The notes under the pieces were generated by a model, which saw only the letters and a program-made list of their open reading frames with translations, was not told where the DNA came from and did no database searches. The position numbers were made by a program, and so were the translations under genes. DNA of 36,423 nt, taken from positions 1 to 36,423 of the forward strand of contig ONVG01000001.1 of NCBI GenBank assembly GCA_900321195.1, in the 5' to 3' direction. Positions 17,101-23,930 of this stretch are shown one piece after another; the first letter of the stretch is position 1, and the number at the start of each line of letters is the position of its first letter. Source of the DNA: an uncultured Eubacteriales bacterium (GTDB taxonomy: Bacteria; Bacillota; Clostridia; Oscillospirales; Acutalibacteraceae).

Positions 17101-17916
17101 GAAGATCTCCATCGCGAGGGCATCCCGCTCCGTTTCGTTCCCTACTTTGCCGAGTGCTTCAATGACATCATAGAAAACTTCCTCACGGTCTTTCAGCTGT
17201 CCGGAACTGTCGAGTATAGATACATTCAGCTTATCGAAGCTTTCCGCAGCCGCCCCTGTACCGTTCTCAGCTGACGCAGCCATATTTTTGGTCAGCTTAG
17301 TCAGACTTCCGCTGAGCGTATCCATAGAAACATCAATAAGCTGAGTTGCATATTCAAACTTTTGAAGTTCTGAAGTAGATATTCCGGTGGTTTTAGACAG
17401 AGTATTCATACTGTCCGCCCACTGCGCCGCCTGCCTGCCGTAAGATACCATACCGGCGACTGCCGCTGTACCTGCTGCCGCAAGCCCCGCAAGCTCAGAA
17501 CCTAAGTCTTTGGCATGGGTCTTGGCGTCATCCATAGAAGTCTTGAACTTCTCCATAGCATTTTTCTGTTCTTCGATCTTCTTTTTGGTGCTGTCTATTT
17601 CATTTTTAAGCCCTGCCTGAGCGATTTTCAGATCATCGAGTTTTTTCTTAGCCTCTCTGATCACATCATTAAGCTCTTCCTGCCTTTTCTTCTGCCCTTC
17701 GGTAGCCTTGCCGTTTTTCTGAATTTCCTTTTCAAGTAATGCTAATTCCTTTTCAGCGTCTTTGATTTCCTTTGACGCTGCTTTTTGTTCTTTAGTGTTG
17801 TTCTTGTATTCCTTTTGAAGTTTTCTGAGCGACTCCGTCATCCTGTCGATACCGGCTTCAAATGACTTTGTTCCCGCCCCGAAATTCGTCACATAAGACC
17901 TTCCGCTCTCCGCCAT
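14101..17916 (-). CDS. tail tape measure protein
   Basis: 1271 aa, long coiled-coil regions, central Ala/Gly-rich TM-like segments, located after the chaperone gene. Confidence 0.9.
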   Translation of the reverse strand: MAESGRSYVTNFGAGTKSFEAGIDRMTESLRKLQKEYKNNTKEQKAASKEIKDAEKELALLEKEIQKNGKATEGQKKRQEELNDVIREAKKKLDDLKIAQAGLKNEIDSTKKKIEEQKNAMEKFKTSMDDAKTHAKDLGSELAGLAAAGTAAVAGMVSYGRQAAQWADSMNTLSKTTGISTSELQKFEYATQLIDVSMDTLSGSLTKLTKNMAASAENGTGAAAESFDKLNVSILDSSGQLKDREEVFYDVIEALGKVGNETERDALAMEIFGKSAQQLNPLIMGGADALKAIGDEAEKAGLILSQDQLDGLNKFNDEIDSLISKSNSLQRLTASQMTPAVEGLLEVADDLLDEVNAMAQSGELETVMKSWGVTIRKGAEDLKNLVMWVVKHKEAVAGAAGALAGYKIGLSIGSLINSLCSAVSALKMATDKETASQIALNTAMNSNPVGVVIGLFGALTTGLTAYSIAARNSADATEKVNEALKTASEASAASAASAESEVIYIQSLGAEYEKLRVKADLTSEEKNRLASIADTLQSKLGLEADEVKNTAGEYQSLADKIKETVEMMKLEAQMEAAKAGLTSAYETQLKAEEAYRMKLQEVREKYPDLYDEKGNLNRNEYNYDTKDVVEEVTALKNAAIDAAKAVDYYSGKIDEAVTYTENAKAATNSSGAALDGVKGKIEEVGDAVDDVQAYADKMLNGEEGYDLKGFYELFRDTGEAADYLQERLTNANKALEDNRTEIKNTQDEIERLRKELNKPDITDEDAIIKGQQLEEAKEKLAQLRTEQVGLKEDVKSAQAEYKTAAWDAQTLSEKLSDIAKQSASVRSEMNSLANTYKSLSDGQQLSIDALLQLAEKYPEYAADIINANGSLEAQKEIVEKLFNLKKDELRLTLESARDAVQEENNKREKLMDKLRDQIRTYENYLRVLKNLKLTSMDSYKTLITLTGNAKDQLAELNGEFNNGTDKIDAYNKAIESLKNFGVNNYGGNDNTNNNYNPTQTSAGNDSVQWTWGWMDEIGTGDTSAAARLSLVERVHQIGKINDNELKAEYEKILRQEQLTADESYSIRLKLKNLTDKLADAQLQKQNENAKKAQEYALAAYTKLINGQVEKLNDLNDAIKAGADRQVKEIDEQLEKRRQKQEDDSRKKELDAINLQLKYMHDDNETSRLSLEQRRQEILNEQAEADYQRRMEQKKLDIQNKANDEIDKNTAAMKNLNTTLENFSYLLAKASGTLSTQQIINNNNVTQNFEAVRGSALTQKQAQQFLKAIVSL

Positions 17917-17935
17917 ACTGCCACCACCCTTTTTT

Positions 17936-17968
17936 TAATGAATAATTAATAATGAATAATGAATAATG
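17936..17968. repeat. heptamer array, opposite orientation (AATRAAT-type units, about 4.7 copies), just 5' of the tape measure RBS
   Basis: TAATGAATAATTAATAATGAATAATGAATAATG. The identical 33-mer recurs at 25066 and 27083. Confidence 0.9.
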
Positions 17969-18047
17969 TTTGTAGCTCTGACTTTTTCCGCCGAATCCTT
18001 CGTCACCCTTGAGCGACCCCTGCGTTATTCCCGGTACAGGCACGCGC

Positions 18048-18076
18048 AAAAAAATAAAGCATCCGCTAACGGACGC
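18048..18076 (-). terminator. rho-independent terminator (minus strand)
   Basis: Minus strand reads GCGUCCG UUAG CGGAUGC followed by UUUAUUUUUUU. Confidence 0.6.
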
Positions 18077-18105
18077 TTGACAATACAGGTGTGATGTTGT
18101 AAAAT
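18077..18105 (+). promoter_or_regulatory. near-consensus promoter for a short plus-strand RNA
   Basis: TTGACA (18077-18082), 17-nt spacer, TAAAAT (18100-18105). Confidence 0.6.
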
Positions 18106-18111
18106 AAAGAC

Positions 18112-18208
18112 AAAGAGAGTACCGCACAGTAGGCGGTTTGCTCCCCAAGATTGGTATTAAGAAAACACCGCAGCTTTGGAAGGGCTTGGCGGTGTTTTCT
18201 TATTTTTT
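18112..18208 (+). ncRNA. candidate antisense sRNA (about 97 nt), putative type I antitoxin
   Basis: Bounded by the promoter above and a terminator: stem GAAAACACCGC/GCGGTGTTTTC at 18161-18199, then a T-run to 18208. No ORF. Antisense to the 3' region of the minus-strand peptide transcript. Confidence 0.5.
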
Positions 18209-18227
18209 ATGTAAAAAACTAAGAAAA

Positions 18228-18323
18228 TTACTTTCTCTTACTATTATCTCTAACGATATTGTAAACGAAAGTGATAACATGGACTAAAGCCACTATGCAA
18301 GCGCATACATCGCTGATCGTCAT
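18228..18323 (-). CDS. 31-aa hydrophobic peptide, type I toxin-like (Hol-Tox/Fst-like pattern)
   Basis: MTISDVCACIVALVHVITFVYNIVRDNSKRK. SD AAAGGGGG lies 8 nt upstream and can pair in the hairpin CCCCUU-AGUA-AAGGGG. Has its own promoter. Confidence 0.5.
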   Translation of the reverse strand: MTISDVCACIVALVHVITFVYNIVRDNSKRK

Positions 18324-18404
18324 AGCTATCGACCCCCTTTACTAAGGGGAACAAACCGCCTTTGCCGGCAAAAGCCGGCACCGCACTGTACAGTACTCGT
18401 GTTT

Positions 18405-18433
18405 ATTCTAACACCACATCTCGACCATGTCAA
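18405..18433 (-). promoter_or_regulatory. near-consensus promoter for the small peptide gene
   Basis: Minus strand reads TTGACA, 17-nt spacer, TGtTAGAAT (extended -10). Confidence 0.6.
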
Positions 18434-18468
18434 GAGTCAATCATATTCTATTTACCTGCGAGCCGCCA

Positions 18469-18502
18469 CAGCTCTGAGCTCATAGCCCTTAGCTCTGAGC
18501 TA
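18469..18502. repeat. stop-adjacent AGCTCTGAGCT palindrome pair
   Basis: CAGCTCTGAGCT...CCCTTAGCTCTGAGCTA, ending in the TAG stop of the chaperone gene. Near-identical copy at 21167-21200. Confidence 0.8.
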
Positions 18503-19048
18503 CAAACTATCATATCTTTTAACGATAACGGGTTTGTCTTTTTGTCCCTTGACTTCAAGGTACTTGTCGATCCTGTCGTCGATCTCTGCCCGTGTGCTTG
18601 ACCAGAACTCTTCCTCAGGACGCTTTATTATGTCGCAGTAAAACGCTCTCAAATGTCCGTAACCCGTATAGTAGTTGTGTTCCTCATCGTTTCCCGCAGC
18701 CGCCCTGCTTTTGCTGAAGCTTTCCGAGATCGCCATCATAAGCTCCAAGCGAAGGCGGGGCAGGTCGCATATACCGACCGCCGCCCCCAGCTCAGACAGC
18801 AGCGGCTTGACTGCTGTAAAATCCCTGTTAGAAACACATTCACGGTTTTCGGGCAGGTCACAGAATCCTGCTCTTAAAAGCTGTAAGCAGTCTTCGATCT
18901 GCCACTTGTCATACTCTGTCTGAAGTATTTTTTCAATGCTTTTATACTCCACTTCAAGGTAAAGCAACGCGTTAAGAGAGAACCTGATCTTAAACTCTCT
19001 CCCCCCGATATGTACAACGCTTGACTTTCTTATAAGACTGCTTAACAT
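18500..19048 (-). CDS. tail assembly chaperone (start refined)
   Basis: Lies between the major tail and tape measure genes. VVHIGGREFKIRFSLNALLYLE resembles gpG-type chaperones. AAGGGG RBS ahead of the ATG at 19048. Confidence 0.55.
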   Translation of the reverse strand: MLSSLIRKSSVVHIGGREFKIRFSLNALLYLEVEYKSIEKILQTEYDKWQIEDCLQLLRAGFCDLPENRECVSNRDFTAVKPLLSELGAAVGICDLPRLRLELMMAISESFSKSRAAAGNDEEHNYYTGYGHLRAFYCDIIKRPEEEFWSSTRAEIDDRIDKYLEVKGQKDKPVIVKRYDSL

Positions 19049-19066
19049 AAAACCAAACCCCTTTTT

Positions 19067-19097
19067 AATAGTGTGAAGAGTGAAGTGTGAAGATAAG
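19067..19097. repeat. degenerate 7-nt repeat (GTGAAG-type) just 5' of the chaperone RBS
   Basis: AATAGTGTGAAGAGTGAAGTGTGAAGATAAG. Confidence 0.6.
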
Positions 19098-19128
19098 AAT
19101 TTTTTGAAAATTTGCAAATTCTTTCAAA

Positions 19129-19193
19129 GTCATCCTTGCGGATGACCGCTTTGCCGCCGCAAAGCACACCTCACGCGACCCGCTTGCGGCGGC
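19129..19193. other. two strong intergenic hairpins
   Basis: GTCATCC-ttgc-GGATGAC (19129-19146), and GCCGCCGCAA...TTGCGGCGGC (19153-19193) with a 10-bp stem. Confidence 0.7.
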
Positions 19194-19206
19194 TCACCTT
19201 TCCTGC

Positions 19207-20145
19207 TCAGACTACAACCGTTGCTGTGATAGTCTTTGTTGCTGTGAGTCCGTTAGCGTCCTTAGCAACGATTTTAAAATAATAAACGGTGTCACTTACA
19301 ACAGTTACTTCCCTTGTAGCAGTGGTGTCGCTGCTGTCCTCAGCAACGGCAGTCCAGCTGTCGCTTCCCTGCGCTTTAAGATAATAGCTGTACTTGTAAG
19401 GCGCAGTGCCGCCCGATGCGCTTCCGCTGAATGTAACAGTACTTCCGCTGTTAATAGTGCCGCCGTCAAGTACAGGCAAACTATTAACTATTATTGCGGA
19501 ATTCGTGTTATACAAACCATCTCTTCCAACGAAATCTCCATCCGTAAACCAGTTCTCGATAAATGCCGCGCCTTCCTCAGTGTTGGGATTAACACCCTTT
19601 GCTTCATAGATTTTACCCGTCAGGTTCTCGTTAGTGGAGAAGGTATTGAAGAAAGTAAACGGAACAGAGATAGTAGAGAACGTAGCCTGTCCCGACTCAT
19701 TCACCTGATCTACAGTTTTTTCGTATGGTGAGAACTTGCACCTAAGGAACTTGTACAGGTTAATGAGCCCTTCTTCGCTATCAGTATCAGTAATAAACGC
19801 AAGTCGTACATAAGGCGCAATATCCCTGCTGCCCACATTGGTAATATTGATAACAGAATTATTCAGAATCACACCGCCTGCAGTATTCCCGAGAATCATT
19901 GACCTTTCGCCCGGTGTCAGCTCCGCCAGTCCCAGCGTACCCTGTCCGTTGGGAATACCGGTATACGAACCTACCGTAACACCGTCGGAGTTCACGAACT
20001 GCGTATTAGCGTTAAGCGACCAGGACGCGGACTTTGCGCGTTCCCCGAAAGCGTAAGCCTTACCGCACTGTTCAGTCTTGCTGTTTGTAAACGGCCATAC
20101 TACAATATTTCTGACATTCACGTCATGATTTACAAGAACATTCAT
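19207..20145 (-). CDS. major tail protein with C-terminal Ig-like domain
   Basis: 312-aa ORF in the expected position. C-terminus VTFSGSASGGTAPYKYSYYLK...YYFKIVAKDANGLTATKTITATVV is Ig/PKD-like. Confidence 0.7.
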   Translation of the reverse strand: MNVLVNHDVNVRNIVVWPFTNSKTEQCGKAYAFGERAKSASWSLNANTQFVNSDGVTVGSYTGIPNGQGTLGLAELTPGERSMILGNTAGGVILNNSVINITNVGSRDIAPYVRLAFITDTDSEEGLINLYKFLRCKFSPYEKTVDQVNESGQATFSTISVPFTFFNTFSTNENLTGKIYEAKGVNPNTEEGAAFIENWFTDGDFVGRDGLYNTNSAIIVNSLPVLDGGTINSGSTVTFSGSASGGTAPYKYSYYLKAQGSDSWTAVAEDSSDTTATREVTVVSDTVYYFKIVAKDANGLTATKTITATVVV

Positions 20146-20220
20146 TATAATTTCCCCCTTTTTTTCAATCAGGAATCAGGAATTATTATCACAAACAATA
20201 CCTTTTTCCCTTCCGTAATT

Positions 20221-20252
20221 CACTATTCATTATTCATTGTTCACTATTCACT
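20221..20252. repeat. heptamer array (CAYTRTT, about 4.6 copies) overlapping the stop of 20234..20584
   Basis: CACTATT CATTATT CATTGTT CACTATT CACT. Confidence 0.85.
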
Positions 20253-20584
20253 AAAACAAATTCCAGGTCTCTTCTGAACTCTTTCGGGAATAGTTCATCC
20301 TCAGCATATCTGCATCCGCTGTAGCGGATCCTTCTGCTTTCAAGCAAGGCGATAACGCTTTCCTTGACATTATCCACAGCTGTTTCGGAGAATCCCATAA
20401 CAGATACGGTAATGTAACAGTACCTTGCCGCTAAGGACCCGTCATACCTTGCCGCTGTAATTTCATAAGCTGAGATCACAGCGAGCACATCCGGCTTGTC
20501 GCCCTTGCCAAACTCGGGCATTTTAGTGTAGACGTCCACCCCGGCTCCCGCCAGTATGTCCGCCACGGTTTTTACTGCATTCAC
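20234..20584 (-). CDS. tail completion / terminator-like protein
   Basis: 116-aa ORF between the gp10-like gene and the major tail gene. Confidence 0.45.
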   Translation of the reverse strand: MNAVKTVADILAGAGVDVYTKMPEFGKGDKPDVLAVISAYEITAARYDGSLAARYCYITVSVMGFSETAVDNVKESVIALLESRRIRYSGCRYAEDELFPKEFRRDLEFVLVNSEQ

Positions 20585-21084
20585 GTCATCGCCTTCTTCT
20601 GAACCGCTTCGACCTTTCTGATGATAAGATCGGAAGCTCCAATTTTTTTGTTGTCAAATCCTCTGCGTATATGGGGCTGAGGCTGTATAGGTCCTTTTTT
20701 CTTCCTCATAAAAACAGTTCTGCCGGTTTTGGTTTTGTAGTGCCAATACCTGTATTCGCTTTGCCGTGTTGACGAAGACTGCCCGGGACGCCCATGTTCA
20801 AAGATAAGCCCTATCACAGGCCAGTCACCGGATCTGAAATCCCTGTACCCGACTTTTATAGATAGCTTGCCGTTTTTTTGCAGTTCTATCCCGCCCGCTG
20901 ATATCCACTCAGGCAGTACATGACAGATAGGCGCGGCAAGCCTTTTCATCTCAGCTGCGATAATTTTACCGCCCTCGTTGAGACCTTCGGCAACAGCCTG
21001 CCTTACTTCTTGTTTGCATAAGTCCAGATCTTTGATAAACGAAGCAATATCAGGCTCTTCCATAGTAAAAACATCATCCGCCAT
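20581..21084 (-). CDS. HK97 gp10-like head-tail joining protein (start refined)
   Basis: Position and size fit. AAAGGTG RBS 9 nt ahead of the ATG at 21084. Confidence 0.5.
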   Translation of the reverse strand: MADDVFTMEEPDIASFIKDLDLCKQEVRQAVAEGLNEGGKIIAAEMKRLAAPICHVLPEWISAGGIELQKNGKLSIKVGYRDFRSGDWPVIGLIFEHGRPGQSSSTRQSEYRYWHYKTKTGRTVFMRKKKGPIQPQPHIRRGFDNKKIGASDLIIRKVEAVQKKAMT

Positions 21085-21166
21085 ATCATCACGCACCTTT
21101 TTATTAATGTGGAATTAGGAAAGTGGAATCAGCTTCGCAGCCAAAAGCATAACCCCCGAGCCTCCA

Positions 21167-21200
21167 CAGCTCTGAGCTCTGAGCCCTTAGCTCTGAGCTA
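21167..21200. repeat. stop-adjacent AGCTCTGAGCT palindrome cluster
   Basis: CAGCTCTGAGCTCTGAGCCCTTAGCTCTGAGCTA, ending in the TAG stop of 21198..21512. Confidence 0.8.
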
Positions 21201-21512
21201 TCCGCTATTCACTAAGACGAGCTTGACGAGCAGTTCATTAAGAGAAGTCCCGACGGAGTCTATCCTGTAATCACTGCCGTCATTAAGAACGACATGAGTA
21301 GGAGAAAGACTGCCGAACTCAGCCCGCCACATATGGAGAGTTTTGTCAACGCTCATTCCTGCCGCTCCGAGCCGTGAACGGAAAGAAGCGGAAACTTCCT
21401 CAAGATGTCCCCATACGGCAGCTTCGGCTTGTACTTCATACCCGCCGCCGTATCCCCCTTCCGGGACTCTGCGCTGAAGGATAACACGGTCATTCATTTC
21501 CATTGTTAACAT
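21198..21512 (-). CDS. head closure / head-tail adaptor protein
   Basis: 104-aa ORF in the canonical position. Confidence 0.55.
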   Translation of the reverse strand: MLTMEMNDRVILQRRVPEGGYGGGYEVQAEAAVWGHLEEVSASFRSRLGAAGMSVDKTLHMWRAEFGSLSPTHVVLNDGSDYRIDSVGTSLNELLVKLVLVNSG

Positions 21513-21789
21513 CCTCCCAGTATTTGTCGCTGGCGTACTCCTGAGCGAGAGCCATAGCAGTGGCTAAAGCCTCATAATGCGTATACCAGGCGTCGCCTTT
21601 GCCGAGATAGTCGTAATTCCACTTGCAGTACAGTTCAACGGCACGTATAACAAGCTTTTCGGTGCTTGTAACCGCCGCTTCAACGCCCCTGCGCCTGAGA
21701 TCATCGACCCCCGCCGCAATATTTTCAGCTATGTCCTCGTCCAGACTGTCATTTGAAATTCTGAGAGCCTGTTTGATCCTTTCCAGCAT
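21490..21789 (-). CDS. gp6-like head-tail connector protein
   Basis: MLERIKQALRISNDSLDEDIAENI is typical of this family. Lies directly after the capsid gene. Confidence 0.6.
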   Translation of the reverse strand: MLERIKQALRISNDSLDEDIAENIAAGVDDLRRRGVEAAVTSTEKLVIRAVELYCKWNYDYLGKGDAWYTHYEALATAMALAQEYASDKYWEDVNNGNE

Positions 21790-21830
21790 AGAGAAACCGC
21801 CTTTCCCGTTTATAGTTTAAGACCCTATGA

Positions 21831-23084
21831 TCACGAAGCTTTCGGCAGAGCAATACGCATAATACCCTTAGGTACTACCATATCAACACCGAATGAAGCC
21901 ACACCACGAACAGAGAGTAAGCCCTCAGCGAACTTGTAATCTTCGGAAACCGAGACCTTCATGCCGCCGAAAAGATCAAGCTTGATGTTTGAGGGGTTGC
22001 CGTAGAACATGGTAGGTTTGGTTGCAGTTGTAGAACTGTTAGTCGAACCCGTAAGCGCATCAGCTTCCGGAAGGATACAGTATTTCACACTTAGTCCGCC
22101 GTCTTTAATGATACCCGTGTTGGGGTTGGCTGTGTCGGGAGTGACCTCATAGACTGCCTTTTTCTCGTTTGTACCTCTTACATCGCCGAAAGCGATAAGA
22201 TCAGCCTTGTTGAGGAAAAGCACAGCATTGCCGTCAACGATAGAGTCCGCACTGTAACCCAGCGCGATCTTGCGCAGAGTGTCCGCCCCGATAGCCGTCA
22301 TAGTGATCTCATCCGCAAGAGCGGAAGCGTATACAGCATCCTTGATCTTTTCAGCCGCCTTTTTGCGCAGTGCCTTGCGTACTGCCGCAATTACTTTGGT
22401 CTCGTAGTCAAGCGGCGACTGGTTTCTGATCTGTTCACCCACATACGCCATAAGTCCCCATACAGACGGTGTAATGGTAACATAGTTGAATGTAGGCTCT
22501 GATGCAGTCGGTGCCACGCCCTCAGTCACGGCAGAAGCGGAAGACTCGGTAACCTGATAAGCCACATTGTCTGCGCTCATACCCGTACAATCCTCAACCG
22601 TTACCATGTCAACGATAGAGGAAACCACGCCGGGGATGTCATTGATACCACTTACCTTGGTAGGTGTAGCGATATGCCCGCCGTTCAGGATAAGCGCACG
22701 CTGTTCAGCTCCGGAAATAACGATCTTTCCCCTTTCCACAAGCTCCTGAGCGCGCTTTTTGCGTTCGTCAAGATCGATCTCCGCCTTGCTTTCGGGCAGA
22801 TGTGCCATAGAACGCTTCATAGCGCGGTTCATCTGTGGTCCGTCACCGTAATTCTCTCCACCGCCTTCAACAGGCTCACCCTCTACTCCCTGAGCGATCA
22901 GAGCAAGCAGATTATTTCTTGCCTGCGCCTTAGACTCAAGATCTCTCTTTTCTTCAAGAAGTTCGTTGACTTCTCTTGTGAGAGCGTCAATATCAGCACC
23001 CTCATTCTCCATTTCATTCTGAATTTCTTTCAAACGTGCGATAATTTCCGCAAGTGTTCTCATTGTTTTTTCGTCCTTTCTCAT
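21831..23084 (-). CDS. HK97-family major capsid protein (alternative start at ATG 23063)
   Basis: N-terminal coiled-coil delta-like region, about 410 aa, located after the prohead protease gene. Confidence 0.88.
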   Translation of the reverse strand: MRKDEKTMRTLAEIIARLKEIQNEMENEGADIDALTREVNELLEEKRDLESKAQARNNLLALIAQGVEGEPVEGGGENYGDGPQMNRAMKRSMAHLPESKAEIDLDERKKRAQELVERGKIVISGAEQRALILNGGHIATPTKVSGINDIPGVVSSIVDMVTVEDCTGMSADNVAYQVTESSASAVTEGVAPTASEPTFNYVTITPSVWGLMAYVGEQIRNQSPLDYETKVIAAVRKALRKKAAEKIKDAVYASALADEITMTAIGADTLRKIALGYSADSIVDGNAVLFLNKADLIAFGDVRGTNEKKAVYEVTPDTANPNTGIIKDGGLSVKYCILPEADALTGSTNSSTTATKPTMFYGNPSNIKLDLFGGMKVSVSEDYKFAEGLLSVRGVASFGVDMVVPKGIMRIALPKAS

Positions 23085-23163
23085 GTCATAAATTGTCTGT
23101 ATTCGTACAAAATACAGGCGAACTCCCCGCCTGCGCCCCGGTCACTCCGCCGAAAGGCTTTTT

Positions 23164-23196
23164 TAATGAATAATTAATAATTAATAATGAATAATG
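23164..23196. repeat. heptamer array (AATRAAT type)
   Basis: TAATGAATAATTAATAATTAATAATGAATAATG. Confidence 0.9.
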
Positions 23197-23249
23197 TTTG
23201 TCGACTCTGAGCCCATCCGCTAAGTGTCATTTTTTAGCCGTCCCGGCTT

Positions 23250-23288
23250 CACTATTCACTATTCACTATTCACTATTCATTATTCACT
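23250..23288. repeat. heptamer array (CAYTATT, about 5.6 copies) overlapping the protease stop
   Basis: CACTATT x4, CATTATT, CACT. Inverted relative to 23164-23196, 53 nt away. Confidence 0.9.
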
Positions 23289-23930
23289 AAGCGCTAACAT
23301 CAGCTTGAGCGCAAGCCTTTTCTTAGCGGCTTCTCTGACCTTAGCCCGTACAAACTCCATCTGCGCTGTAATAAACGAGCGTGTACCTATGGATGTCGTA
23401 TCATTTGCGGGCAGCGACACTGCCGAAACGTCATATATTTTTCGTATGTTCTTGTAAGTGATCAACCGCTGTTCAGGGTCATAATCAACTTCTCCGGGCA
23501 GAAAAGCCCAGGACATTTTAGTGACCATGCCGGTAGATATGTCGCTGTACAGCCCCCTCGAAGCATCGGTTTTTGACAGATCCGCCGCCACAAATAAACC
23601 GCTGTCACTGACTTCAACGATAAGCGTTTTGTTGCTCATCCTTGCCATAACTCTGCCGCTGTGATCATATTGCATGATAACATCAGACATATCGGTATTT
23701 CTGAAATCCTCTTTATGAAACTGTTCATAGATCGGACCGTCATCAAAATCAAACAGTATATATCTTTCGTAGTTTGCGGCGAAGCCTTCAACGTAGAAGT
23801 CACTGTTTATCCTCTTCTTGTTCTGTTCCTGCTGAGTCAGTACCGGCATCTGCCTGTACTGCCTTTCCTGCTTTATCGGCATTATCCTCATCTCCTGTTC
23901 TGAGGGCTTCACTTTCGCCCTCATCAGCAT
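23280..23930 (-). CDS. HK97-family prohead protease (true start probably an internal Met)
   Basis: Lies between the portal and capsid genes. FYVEGFAANYERY and about 200 aa fit the family. The annotated start overlaps the portal gene by 130 nt. Confidence 0.75.
   Translation of the reverse strand: MLMRAKVKPSEQEMRIMPIKQERQYRQMPVLTQQEQNKKRINSDFYVEGFAANYERYILFDFDDGPIYEQFHKEDFRNTDMSDVIMQYDHSGRVMARMSNKTLIVEVSDSGLFVAADLSKTDASRGLYSDISTGMVTKMSWAFLPGEVDYDPEQRLITYKNIRKIYDVSAVSLPANDTTSIGTRSFITAQMEFVRAKVREAAKKRLALKLMLALSE

Noticed and set aside
14301-17739. Multiple plus- and minus-strand ORFs inside the tape measure gene, and similar internal ORFs in the lysin, portal, terL and fibre genes
   Set aside because: They are low-complexity shadow frames nested entirely within long, well-supported genes.
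18324-18499. A frameshifted gpT-like extension of the tail chaperone in the chaperone-tape measure gap
   Set aside because: No extended minus-strand ORF continues from the chaperone stop. The gap is occupied by promoter, terminator and small-ORF signals instead.
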